A stretch of DNA of 64,000 bases from Candidatus Methylomirabilota bacterium (GTDB taxonomy: Bacteria > Methylomirabilota > Methylomirabilia > Rokubacteriales > CSP1-6). Position numbers and translations under genes: made by a program. The notes under the pieces are model-generated. The model worked only from the letters and a program-made list of their open reading frames with translations. It searched no databases and was not told the DNA's origin. Of this stretch, positions 1-9,000 are shown in pieces. The stretch lies in the NCBI GenBank assembly GCA_035650715.1, contig DASRHC010000004.1, positions 1,318-65,317 of the forward strand, read 5' to 3'. Each line of letters opens with the position of its first letter. The first letter of the stretch is position 1.

Positions 1-1
1 C

Positions 2-1972
2 TCGGCGAGCGACGCCTCGGGCACGCTGCGCCAGCAGCAGCGGGTGGTGTTCTACGACCGGGCGCCCCCCGCGGTGGCGTCGGCCCCGGCGGCCGCCCCC
101 GCCTCCCCGACGCGGCCACCGGCGCCGCCCGCGGCGACCCCGCCGCCGCCAACCCCACCCGCAGTGACCGCCCCGCCCTCGCCCAGCACGCCCGCGCCGC
201 CGACGGCGCCGTCCAGCGCCACGCCGAGCGCGCCCCCCGGCCCGGCGCCCGCCCCTGCCGCGCCGGCGAAACCCCCGGCGGTGACGGCGCCACCCGCGCC
301 CGCTCCGCCGGCGGTGGCGAGCGCCCCGGCCTCCGCCCCCAGCGCGGGCGCCACGCCGCCGGCCCCCGCGCCGCCGGCACCACCGACGAGCTCCCCGGCC
401 CTCGCCTCCCCGGGCCCGGCCCCGGCCACATCGCCGGTGGCCCCGCCCAGGCCCTCGACCACGCCGCCGGTGGCGACCACGCCGCCGCCAGCCGCCGCTC
501 CACCCGTCGTGGCCGCGATCCCACCGAGCACGACGCCGCGGCCGCCCGGCTTCCAGATCACCATCTCGACGCCCACCAACCAGGCGCGGGTCGACCAGGA
601 GACGGTGACGTTCGCGGGAGTGGTGAGCGGCGGCAGCGGCATCCGGCAGGTCCTGATCAGCGCGAACGGGGTCGAGCTCTGGCGGCAGGAGAACCGCGCC
701 CAGCCGCCCGCGATGGCGCTCAATCTTCCGGTGAAGCTGGTCGAAGGCCAGAACACCCTGGTGGTCACCGCGGCGGAGGCCGACGGGACCATGCACCAGG
801 AGATGCGGACGGTCTTCCTGGAGAAGCCGGTGCCGCTCGCGGTGGACGTGCGCTATCCCGAAGACCGCTCGCGCGTGACCGACGACGCCAGCGTGGTCGC
901 CGCGGTGGCGCGCTCCAGCAAGGGCATCAGCCGGGTCACGGTGGCGCTCAACGGCTCCGAGGTGCACCGGCAGGACGAGCGGAGCCCGCAGAAGTCCATC
1001 GCGGTCAGCGCGCCGCTCACCCTCCGGGACGGCCCGAACGCGATCGTCGTCACCGCGGTCGAGCCCGACGGCACCGCCCGCCAGGAGATCCGCACCGTCA
1101 TCCTCGAGCGGCCGAAGCCGTCGGCGCCCGTCGCGGCCCCCCCGCCCGCGACCCCGCCCCCGCCGCCCTCGACCCAGTGGGCGGTGATCATCGGCGTGGG
1201 CGGCTACGAGTCCACCGCGGTGCCGAAGCTGCGCTACCCGGTGGCCGACGCGGACGCGGTCTACAACACGCTGATCACCGCGGGCGGGTTCAAGAAGGAG
1301 AACATCCTGCTGCTCACCGACAAGACCGAGCGCAAGCCCACGCTGCGCAACATCAAGTGGGCGCTCGGCACGTTCCTGGCGCGCTCCGCGCACAAGGACG
1401 ACCTGGTGGTGATCTACTTCGCGGGCCACGGCGCGTCCGAGATCGACCAGCGCGGGATCGAGCGGGACGGCCTCTCCAAGTACCTGGTCCCCATCGACGC
1501 GGACCCCGACGATCTCTACTCCACCGCGCTGCCGATGGATGAGATGCAGAACGTGCTGGCCCGCATCGAGGCCGAGCGCGTCACGGTGTTCCTCGACGCC
1601 TGCTACAGCGGGGCGGCGGGCGGACGCACCTTCGCCTCGACAAAGACCCGCACCGTGAACGTCGACGACATCTTCCTGGAGCGGCTCACGCGCTCCAAGG
1701 GTCGGGCGATCGTGACCGCCTCGCGGCCCTCCGAGCTCTCGGTGGAGCTGCCCGAGCTGGGCCACGGGCTCTTCACCTACTACCTGGTGCGCGGGCTGCA
1801 GGGCTACGCCGACCTCAACCGCGACGGCATCGTCTCGCTACAGGAGCTCTACGAGTACCTCACGCAGGAGGTCAGCCGGAAGTCGCGCGCGGTGGGCGGC
1901 AACCAGCACCCGATGCTGAAGGGCGAGCTCGAGGGCGCCCTGCCGCTCACCAAGGCGACCAGGCGGAACTAG
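2..1972 (+). CDS. Caspase-family (peptidase C14) protein, 5' end cut by the window edge; P/A-rich low-complexity region, repeated ~95-aa modules, C-terminal caspase domain
   Basis: ORF 44..1972 remains open back to nt 2. His/Cys dyad contexts 'VVIYFAGHG' and 'VFLDACYSG'. Module ends 'DGTMHQEMRTVFLEKP' and 'DGTARQEIRTVILERP', plus an upstream remnant 'SGTLRQQQRVVFYDR'. Confidence 0.85.
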   Translation, partial: SASDASGTLRQQQRVVFYDRAPPAVASAPAAAPASPTRPPAPPAATPPPPTPPAVTAPPSPSTPAPPTAPSSATPSAPPGPAPAPAAPAKPPAVTAPPAPAPPAVASAPASAPSAGATPPAPAPPAPPTSSPALASPGPAPATSPVAPPRPSTTPPVATTPPPAAAPPVVAAIPPSTTPRPPGFQITISTPTNQARVDQETVTFAGVVSGGSGIRQVLISANGVELWRQENRAQPPAMALNLPVKLVEGQNTLVVTAAEADGTMHQEMRTVFLEKPVPLAVDVRYPEDRSRVTDDASVVAAVARSSKGISRVTVALNGSEVHRQDERSPQKSIAVSAPLTLRDGPNAIVVTAVEPDGTARQEIRTVILERPKPSAPVAAPPPATPPPPPSTQWAVIIGVGGYESTAVPKLRYPVADADAVYNTLITAGGFKKENILLLTDKTERKPTLRNIKWALGTFLARSAHKDDLVVIYFAGHGASEIDQRGIERDGLSKYLVPIDADPDDLYSTALPMDEMQNVLARIEAERVTVFLDACYSGAAGGRTFASTKTRTVNVDDIFLERLTRSKGRAIVTASRPSELSVELPELGHGLFTYYLVRGLQGYADLNRDGIVSLQELYEYLTQEVSRKSRAVGGNQHPMLKGELEGALPLTKATRRN

Positions 1973-1974
1973 CG

Positions 1975-3564
1975 GTGCGTCGTCTCCCGGGATCACGCGT
2001 CCTCGGGACGCTTGCCCTGCTGCTCTCGGCCACCGCGGCCCTCGCGCAGCCCGCCGGCGACGGCCAGGGCTGGGAGGCCCCCATGTCGGCCGGCGACCGC
2101 GCCTACCAGCAGGGCCGCTACGCCGAGGCGGAGCGGCAGCTGACCACCGCGCTCGAGCGCGCGGAGCGGAGCCGCGGGCCGCAGGACCCGCGGGTGGCCC
2201 TGAGCCTCGGGCTCCTCGCCGGCACCTACCAGGCCGCGGGCCAGTACGCGCGGGCCGAGCCCCTGCTGGGCCGCGCCCTCGGCATCGCGGAGGGCGCGCT
2301 CGGACCTGATCACCCCGAGGTGGCCGCGACCCTCACCGCGCTTGGCTCTCTCCACACCGCGCAGGGGCGCTACGCGCAGGCGGAGCCGTTGCTCCGCCGC
2401 GCCCTCGCGATCGACCAGAGGGTGCTCGGCCCGGAGCATCCCGAGGTGGCCCAGACGCTGCAGGCCCTGGCGGTGCTCGAGGGCCGGCAGGGCCGCTACG
2501 CGGACGCGGAGATGCGCGCGCGCCGGGCGCTCGCCATCCGCGAGAAGACGTTCGGGCCGCAGCATCCCGACGTGGCCACGAGCCTCGCCGACCTCGCCGA
2601 GATCTACCTGCCCGAGGGCCGGTACGTGGAGGCCGAGCAGCTCGCCCAGCGCGCCCTCGCGATCCGCGAGGGCCGGCTGGGCGCGGAGCATCCGGCGGTG
2701 ATCGGTCCGCTGGTGACCCTGGCGTCGCTGCAGACCGAGCAGGGCCACTGGACGCGCGCGGAGCCGCTGGCCCGGCGCGCGCTGGCGGTGGCCGAGAAGG
2801 CGCTCGGGCCCGAGCATCCGGACGCGGCCACCGCGCTCGGGCCGCTCGTGGCGCTGGCCCGGGAGCGCGGCCGCTACGGCGAGGCGGAGACGCTCGCACG
2901 CCGCGCGCTCGCCATCCGGGAGAAGGCGCTCGGCCGCGAGCATCCCGACGTGGCGATGGTGGTCGCCGACCGGGCGGAGCTGGCGGTGCGGCGGGGGCAG
3001 GCCGCGCAGGCCGAGCCGCTCGCCCGGCGCGCGCTCGCCATCCAGGAGAAGGCGCTCGGGCCCGAGCATCCCGACCTCGGGCAGAGCCTGCGCGCCCTCG
3101 CCGGCGCCCAGGCGCGGGAGAGCCGCTACGCCGAGGCCGAGCCGCTGCTGCGCCGCGCGCTCGCCATCGACGAGAAGCGGCTCGGCCCCGAGTCACCCCG
3201 GGTGGGGCTCGACCTCGTCCAGCTCGGTGCGCTCGAGCGACGGCAGGGCCGGTTCGCGGAGGCGGAGCCAGTGGTCAAGCGCGCGCAGGCCATCGCGGAG
3301 AAGCGCTTCGGGCCGGAGCACCCGCAGGTGGCGGCCGCCATCGTGGAGCTGGCCTCGCTCTACCGCGATCAGAGCCGCTTCGCCCAGGCGGAGCCGCTCT
3401 ACCAGTGGGCGCTCGCCCTGCAGCGCAAGTCGCTCGGGCCCGATCATCCGGACGTGGCCGATTCGCTCCAGGAGTACGCGGCCCTGCTGAAGCAGACGAA
3501 CCGCGAGTCGGAGGCGGGCCCGCTCGAGACCGAGGCCCGCGCCATCCGGGCCCGGACCCCCTAG
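1975..3564 (+). CDS. Secreted tetratricopeptide-repeat protein (about 11 TPR_12 / kinesin-light-chain-type repeats)
   Basis: GTG start 3 nt after the caspase stop. Signal-peptide-like 'LGTLALLLSATAALAQP'. The ~42-aa unit 'AEPLxRRALAIxEKxLGPEHPDVA' is iterated. Confidence 0.85.
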   Translation: MRRLPGSRVLGTLALLLSATAALAQPAGDGQGWEAPMSAGDRAYQQGRYAEAERQLTTALERAERSRGPQDPRVALSLGLLAGTYQAAGQYARAEPLLGRALGIAEGALGPDHPEVAATLTALGSLHTAQGRYAQAEPLLRRALAIDQRVLGPEHPEVAQTLQALAVLEGRQGRYADAEMRARRALAIREKTFGPQHPDVATSLADLAEIYLPEGRYVEAEQLAQRALAIREGRLGAEHPAVIGPLVTLASLQTEQGHWTRAEPLARRALAVAEKALGPEHPDAATALGPLVALARERGRYGEAETLARRALAIREKALGREHPDVAMVVADRAELAVRRGQAAQAEPLARRALAIQEKALGPEHPDLGQSLRALAGAQARESRYAEAEPLLRRALAIDEKRLGPESPRVGLDLVQLGALERRQGRFAEAEPVVKRAQAIAEKRFGPEHPQVAAAIVELASLYRDQSRFAQAEPLYQWALALQRKSLGPDHPDVADSLQEYAALLKQTNRESEAGPLETEARAIRARTP

Positions 3565-4904
3565 CGGAGCCGGGCCGCCGCGCCCTCGGCCAGCTCCCGC
3601 GCCCGCGCGTAGGCCGCCTTCGCGGACGCGTCCCACTCGGTTTCGAGGCGCGACTTCACGTCGGGCTGGCTGCGGAACGCGGCGTTGACCTCGCGGTCCG
3701 AGGCCCGCGCGGCGTCGATGGGCACCGCGCTGGCCAGACGCCGCGCCTCCGCCACCGCGGCGGCGGGCCCGTCCACCGGACGGCCGGCGCGCCGCGCGTC
3801 GGCCAGCCGCGCCTCGGCCGCGTAGATCGCGGCCCACGCGGCCTTCAGCTCGGCGTGGCGGAACGTGATCGTGTGATCGAAGAGGGAGTTGACCACGTTG
3901 CGCCGGGACGACGAGAGCTTGTCGTCGAAGTCCACGCCGCCGAGCTTCATCGCGAACGGGTTCGGATAGCCGCGGGGCGCGCGCGCGTAGAGCGCGGGCA
4001 CCACCGGCAGCCGGCCGATCTCGGGCGCGAAGAGCGTCTGCTGCCCCTCGTCGCTCAGCAGGTACTCGACGAACGCGCGGGCGTTGGCGGGATTGGGCCC
4101 GTTCTTCACCACCGCGACCGAGGCCGGCACCACCGAGGTGCGCGAGGGATACGCGAAGTCGACCGGCTGGCCGGACGCGATCGCGGAGAGGCCGAAGAAG
4201 TCGATCACCACCCCGACGCCGTACTGGCCGGACACCACCCCGTCCGGCACCCCGAAGCTGCGCTCGGTGATCGCGCCCATGTTGCCGCCCGACTGCAGCA
4301 GCAGCGCCCACCCCTTCTCCCAGCCGTGGGCCTGCAGGATCACCTCCACCGTGAGATGCGTGGTTCCACTCCGTGAGGGCGCCGAGATCACGAGGTGGCC
4401 GAAGTAGCGCGGGTCGGCGAGGTCCGTCCACTCGCGCGGCGCGGGGAGCTTGTGCAGCGCGAGGTAGCGCGTGTTCCACATGAGCCCGTAGCCCGACACC
4501 GCGAAGCCCCAGTAGGTGCCGTCGGGATCGTGCAACGGGAACGAGCCGATGCGGGCCGGCATGCGCGCGAGCGTCTCGCGGGGCAGCGTGAGCCGTTCGA
4601 GCAGGCCGTCGGCCTTGAGGGTCTGGAACGCGTCCACCGCCGAGACCCAGAACACGTCCACCTCCGGGCGGCCCCGCGTCTCGCGCAGGTAGGTGACGCC
4701 CTGGTTGGTCTGCTGCTGCTTCACCACGACCTTCACGCCGGGTGTCCGCTGCTCGAACGCCCGCTTGTAGGTCTCGAAGAGTTCCTTGGGGAACGAGGTG
4801 AGCACCACCACCTCGCCGGTGGCGAGACGGGTGGCGGCCGGCGGGGCGGCGGCCGGCGGGGCGAGGGCGACCAGCGCGAGGGCGACGAGGAGCGGTCGGA
4901 TCAT
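3561..4904 (-). CDS. Periplasmic solute-binding protein (PBP2, Fe3+/PgtC-like family) with a C-terminal helical extension
   Basis: Internal ATG at 4904 gives 'MIRPLLVALALVALAPPAAA' (signal peptide) and forms an ATGA overlap with the upstream gene's stop. Body resembles ABC extracellular solute-binding proteins ('VISAPSRSGTTHLTVEVILQ'). Confidence 0.7.
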   Translation of the reverse strand: MIRPLLVALALVALAPPAAAPPAATRLATGEVVVLTSFPKELFETYKRAFEQRTPGVKVVVKQQQTNQGVTYLRETRGRPEVDVFWVSAVDAFQTLKADGLLERLTLPRETLARMPARIGSFPLHDPDGTYWGFAVSGYGLMWNTRYLALHKLPAPREWTDLADPRYFGHLVISAPSRSGTTHLTVEVILQAHGWEKGWALLLQSGGNMGAITERSFGVPDGVVSGQYGVGVVIDFFGLSAIASGQPVDFAYPSRTSVVPASVAVVKNGPNPANARAFVEYLLSDEGQQTLFAPEIGRLPVVPALYARAPRGYPNPFAMKLGGVDFDDKLSSSRRNVVNSLFDHTITFRHAELKAAWAAIYAAEARLADARRAGRPVDGPAAAVAEARRLASAVPIDAARASDREVNAAFRSQPDVKSRLETEWDASAKAAYARARELAEGAAARLR

Positions 4905-6085
4905 GCGGGGCCTCCGGGGGCGCGGAGCGTGAACACGGTCATGTCGTCCTGGATGCGGGAGCCGCCGCGACGGAGCACGTCCTCGCACAGGGCACGGGCC
5001 AGGGCCGGCGGCGGCTGCGCGCGCTGCGCGGCGAGCAGCGGCAGGAGCGCGGCGACCCCGGGACGACGGCCGTCCTGCTCCTGGGCCTCCAGGATGCCGT
5101 CGGTCAGGAGCACCAGCGCGTCACCCGCGTCGAGGCGGAGCGAGGTCTGGTCGAACCGCGCGTCCTCGAACATCCCGAGCGGCGGCCCCGCCGACTCGCC
5201 GAGCGCGGCCACGCGGGCCCCGCCCGCCGCGGGCACCAGCACCGGGTCGGGATGGCCCGCGCCCGAGATGGACACGCGGCCCACCTCGGCCGGGTCCGGC
5301 ACCGCCAGGATCAGGGTGACGAACATGGAGGGCGGCATGTCGCGGCAGAGCGAGCGGTTGAGCCGGGCCAGCACCGCGCCCGGCGCGTCGAGGTCGCGCG
5401 CGATCTCCCGCAGGAGCGTGCGGGTCATCACCATCAGCAGCGCGGCCGGGATGCCCTTGCCGGAGACGTCTCCCACCGCGACGCCGACGCGATCGCCCAT
5501 CGGCACCAGGTCGAAGAAATCGCCGCCCACCACGGTGGAGGAGCGCAGCATCGCCCCCGCCTCCAGCCCGGCCACCGTCGGGGGCACCGGGGGCAGCAGG
5601 CGCTCCTGGATGTCGCGGGCCGCCTCCAGGTCGCGGCCGAGCTGGGCCATGCGCTCGGCGGTGAACCAGTCGCCCAGCACGCTCAGCAGCGGGCTCACCG
5701 CGCGAGCGTGGGCCCAGCGCTTGAGGAGGGCGGCCACCCGCGCCAGCACCTCCGCGGGCTCGAACGGCTTGCCCACGTAATCGTCGGCGCCCCGCTCGAA
5801 GCCGCGCATCTTGTCGGCGAGGGCGGAGCGCGCGGTCAGCATGATGACCGGGACCTGCGCGGTGGGCGCGTGCTGGCGGATGCGCTTCAGGGTCTCGAGC
5901 CCGTCCGCGCGCGGCATCATGACGTCGAGCAGGATCAGGTCGGGGGCCTGGCGCTGGACGGCCTCGATCGCCTCCAGCCCGTCGCCCGCGCTCGCCACCT
6001 CGTAGCCGGCCCGGCGCAGGGTGACCACCAGGATCGTGCGGATGTCCTCCTCGTCGTCGACGACCAGGATGCGCGCCCCGCTCAC
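4901..6085 (-). CDS. Response regulator receiver fused to a PP2C/SpoIIE-type serine phosphatase (RsbU-like)
   Basis: REC motifs 'ILVVDDEEDIR', 'LLDVMMPRADG', 'YVGKPF'. PP2C motifs 'GGDFFD', 'VAVGDVSGKG', 'LVLLTDGI'. GTG at 6085 forms a GTGA overlap with the kinase stop. Confidence 0.85.
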   Translation of the reverse strand: MSGARILVVDDEEDIRTILVVTLRRAGYEVASAGDGLEAIEAVQRQAPDLILLDVMMPRADGLETLKRIRQHAPTAQVPVIMLTARSALADKMRGFERGADDYVGKPFEPAEVLARVAALLKRWAHARAVSPLLSVLGDWFTAERMAQLGRDLEAARDIQERLLPPVPPTVAGLEAGAMLRSSTVVGGDFFDLVPMGDRVGVAVGDVSGKGIPAALLMVMTRTLLREIARDLDAPGAVLARLNRSLCRDMPPSMFVTLILAVPDPAEVGRVSISGAGHPDPVLVPAAGGARVAALGESAGPPLGMFEDARFDQTSLRLDAGDALVLLTDGILEAQEQDGRRPGVAALLPLLAAQRAQPPPALARALCEDVLRRGGSRIQDDMTVFTLRAPGGPA

Positions 6086-9000
6086 GCCCGGCTCCCGCTC
6101 GTCGGCCGCAGACGCGCCCGGACGGCGCCCAGCAGGTCCGCGGAGCTGAACGGCTTGGTGAGGCACACGGTGGCCCCGAGGGCGCGCGGGTCGCCCGGCT
6201 CCACCTCGATCGCGCTCAGGATCACCACCGGCGTCTCGCGCGTCTCCGGCTGCTCCCGCAGCAGGCGGATCGCCTCGAAGCCGTCGAGGTCGGGCAGCAT
6301 CAGGTCCATCGTGATCGCGTCGGGGCGCTGCTGACGGGCCAGCTCCACGCCCTCGAGCACGCGGCCCGCCTCGATCACCCGGAAGCCGGACATCTGGAGC
6401 ACGTCCCGCATCAGCGCGCGCACGTCCGGCTCGTCGTCGACCACCAGCACCAGCGGCGCCTGCGCGTCGCCCTCGGCCGGCGCCCCGGCCCCGGCCGCGT
6501 CGGCCGGCACCCCGGGCAGCGGCAGGCGCACCGTGAAGGTGGCGCCCGCGCCGAGCGCGCTCTCCACCCCGATGCGGCCGCCGTGCTCCTCCACGATCCC
6601 CCGGCAGATGGCGAGCCCGAGGCCGGTCCCGCCCACCGTCCGCACGTTGCTGCCGTCGAGCTGCTGGAACTTCTGGAAGAGGCGGCCCACGTCCTCCGGG
6701 GCGATGCCGCGGCCGTGATCGCGCACCCAGATGGCCAGCTCGGGGCCCTCGCGCCGGGCGCCCACCGTGACGCGCTCTCCCTCCGGCGAGAACTTGATCG
6801 CGTTCGAGAGCAGGTTGGTCACCACCTGGACCATGCGGTCGAAGTCGACCTGGACCGACGGCAGGTCGGGCTCGATCTCCGCCTCGATGGTGATCCGCCG
6901 CGACTCCGCGAAGCCCCGGATCCCGTCCACCGCCAGCTCCACGAAGTCGAGCGGCCGGTGCGCGGCCAGGTCGAGGTGGATCTGCCCCGCCTCCATCTTG
7001 GAGATGTCGAGGATGTTGTTGATGAGCCGGATGAGGCGGTCGGTGTTCTTGAGCGAGATGTCGACGAGGTGCCGCTGGGTGTCGTCGAGCACCAGCTGCC
7101 CGTCGGAGAGCAGGAGATGGAGCGATCCCTTGATCGACGCGAGCGGCGTACGCAGCTCGTGCGAGACGGTGGAGACGAACTCGGTCTTCATCCGATCGAT
7201 CTCCCGCTCGCGTGTGACGTCGCGGAGGGTGACCGTGACCCCCACCACCGCGCCCAGGAGGTCACGCGTGGGGGTGACCGTCCAGCGCAGGGTCCGGCGC
7301 TCCGAGCCGATCAGCTCGAGGTCGCCGTCGGCGGCCTCGCCCGGGCGCTCGAGCGCGGCGGTCAGGGCCGGCCCGTCCGCGGCGGTCCAGTCCACCGTGC
7401 GCGCCACCGCCTCCACGAGGTGCGCGAAGGGCCGGCCGACCATCGCGCGGGGCGCGACGCCGAGCAGCTCGCCGCCCCGCTCGTTGAGGGCCACCACCCC
7501 GCGCTCCAGGTCCAGCACCAGGAAGCCGTCCGACGTCGAGGCGAACACCTGCTCGAGCTGGGTCTTCTGGTTCTCCGCGTTCTCGAACAGGGTCGCGTTG
7601 TCGAGCGCCATCGCGAGCTGGTCCGCGTAGGCCGCGAGCAGCCGCGTCTCGGCCTCCGCGAGTGCGCGCGGCCCCGCGAAGAGCAGGAGCAGGCCGCCCA
7701 GCACCCGGCTGCGGCCCCGCACCGGGAAGCCGGCCAGCGCGGTGCCCGCCTCGAGCAACCCGGGCCCGAGCAGGTCCGGCCGGGCCGCCGCGTCCGGGAT
7801 GAGGAGCGGGGCCTCGCGCCGGCGAAGCGGCTCGGCGAGGGCGCGGACGGTGCGGTCCGGCCAGTCGCCCCAGGCGATCGCCTCGCCGCTGCCCGCGCCC
7901 GGCTCCTCGAACAGCACGATGCCGACCCGGCGCGCCCCGAAGGTCTGCCCGAGCGTGCCCGCCGCCTCGGGCAGCAGGCGATTGACGTCCAGCGTGCGGT
8001 GCAGCGTGCGGGCCGCCGCGTTGAGCAGCGCCGCCCCCGCGAGGTTCTGCTGGGTGACCGTGTACAGCCGCGCGTTCTCGATGGCCACCGCGGCCTGGGC
8101 GGCCAGGGCCGAGAGCAGGTTCACCTCGCGCTCGGTGAACACGTGCGGCTCGAAGTAGGAGCCGCCCAGCACCCCGAACACCTCGTCGCGCACCACGATC
8201 GGCACCGCCAGGTAGGCGCGGGGCGCGCCCGCCCCGCTCATGGCGGTCGCGTTCTCGGTCCCGTAGGCCACGGTCGGGTCCGCGAGCCGGTCGCTGGTCC
8301 AGGCGGGCCGGCGCTCCGCGTAGGCCCGCCCGGCGATCCCCTCCCCGGCCCGGATCAGGCGCGGGCGCGCGAAGCGCTCGGAGTGGTTGCGCCCGCGCAC
8401 GAACACGAGGCCGCCGCGCGTCGCGTCCCAGCGATAGACGCCCGCCGCCGCGCAGCCGAGCGCGGCGATGACCCCGTCGGAGACCAGGTCGAGCACCGCG
8501 TCCAGCTCGAGCGTGGACGAGAGCTTCCGGGTCACCTCGAGCAGGAGCGTGGCGTCGCGCTCCCGCTGTCGCGTCTCCTGGTAGAGGCGCGCGTTGTTCA
8601 CCGAGGTGGCGAGCTGCTGGCAGAAGAGCTCGAGGTGCGCCACCCCGCGCCGGGTGATGGGCCGGCGGCTCGGCTTGTTGTCCACGGCGACCAGGCCGAT
8701 CGGACGTCCCTGCACGAGCAGCGGCACCACCGCGAAGCGCCGGCTGCGCAGCACCGGATGCCGGCGCCACCGCGCGGACAGCCGCAACACGCCGGCCAGC
8801 TGCTCGTCGTCGGCCACCATCAGGGTGGTGCCCGAATCCCACACGCTCCGGAAGGCGCCGGCCTCGTCCAGCGGCACCACCGCGGGCACGCCCGGATCGC
8901 CGTCGCGGCCCGCCACCAGGCGGAGCGCGGCGCCGCCGTCCTCCGCGAGCCACACGCTGAGCCGGTCGAAGGAGAGCGCCCGGCCCGCCCCCTCCGCGAA

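Noticed and set aside
44-560. P/A-rich coding DNA at the caspase N-terminal region (and 46100-46450 in gspD) as a tandem DNA repeat or VNTR
   Set aside because: This is compositional low complexity (GCC/CCG/GCG codons) without a fixed repeat unit or period that I could trace.
2-3564. Caspase plus TPR as a Craspase-like (TPR-CHAT) CRISPR-associated or other defence module
   Set aside because: No cas, gRAMP or other defence genes are nearby. The TPR protein carries a signal peptide and the caspase protein's P/A-rich and repeat-module architecture also suggests an extracytoplasmic location. The TPRs are on a separate polypeptide.
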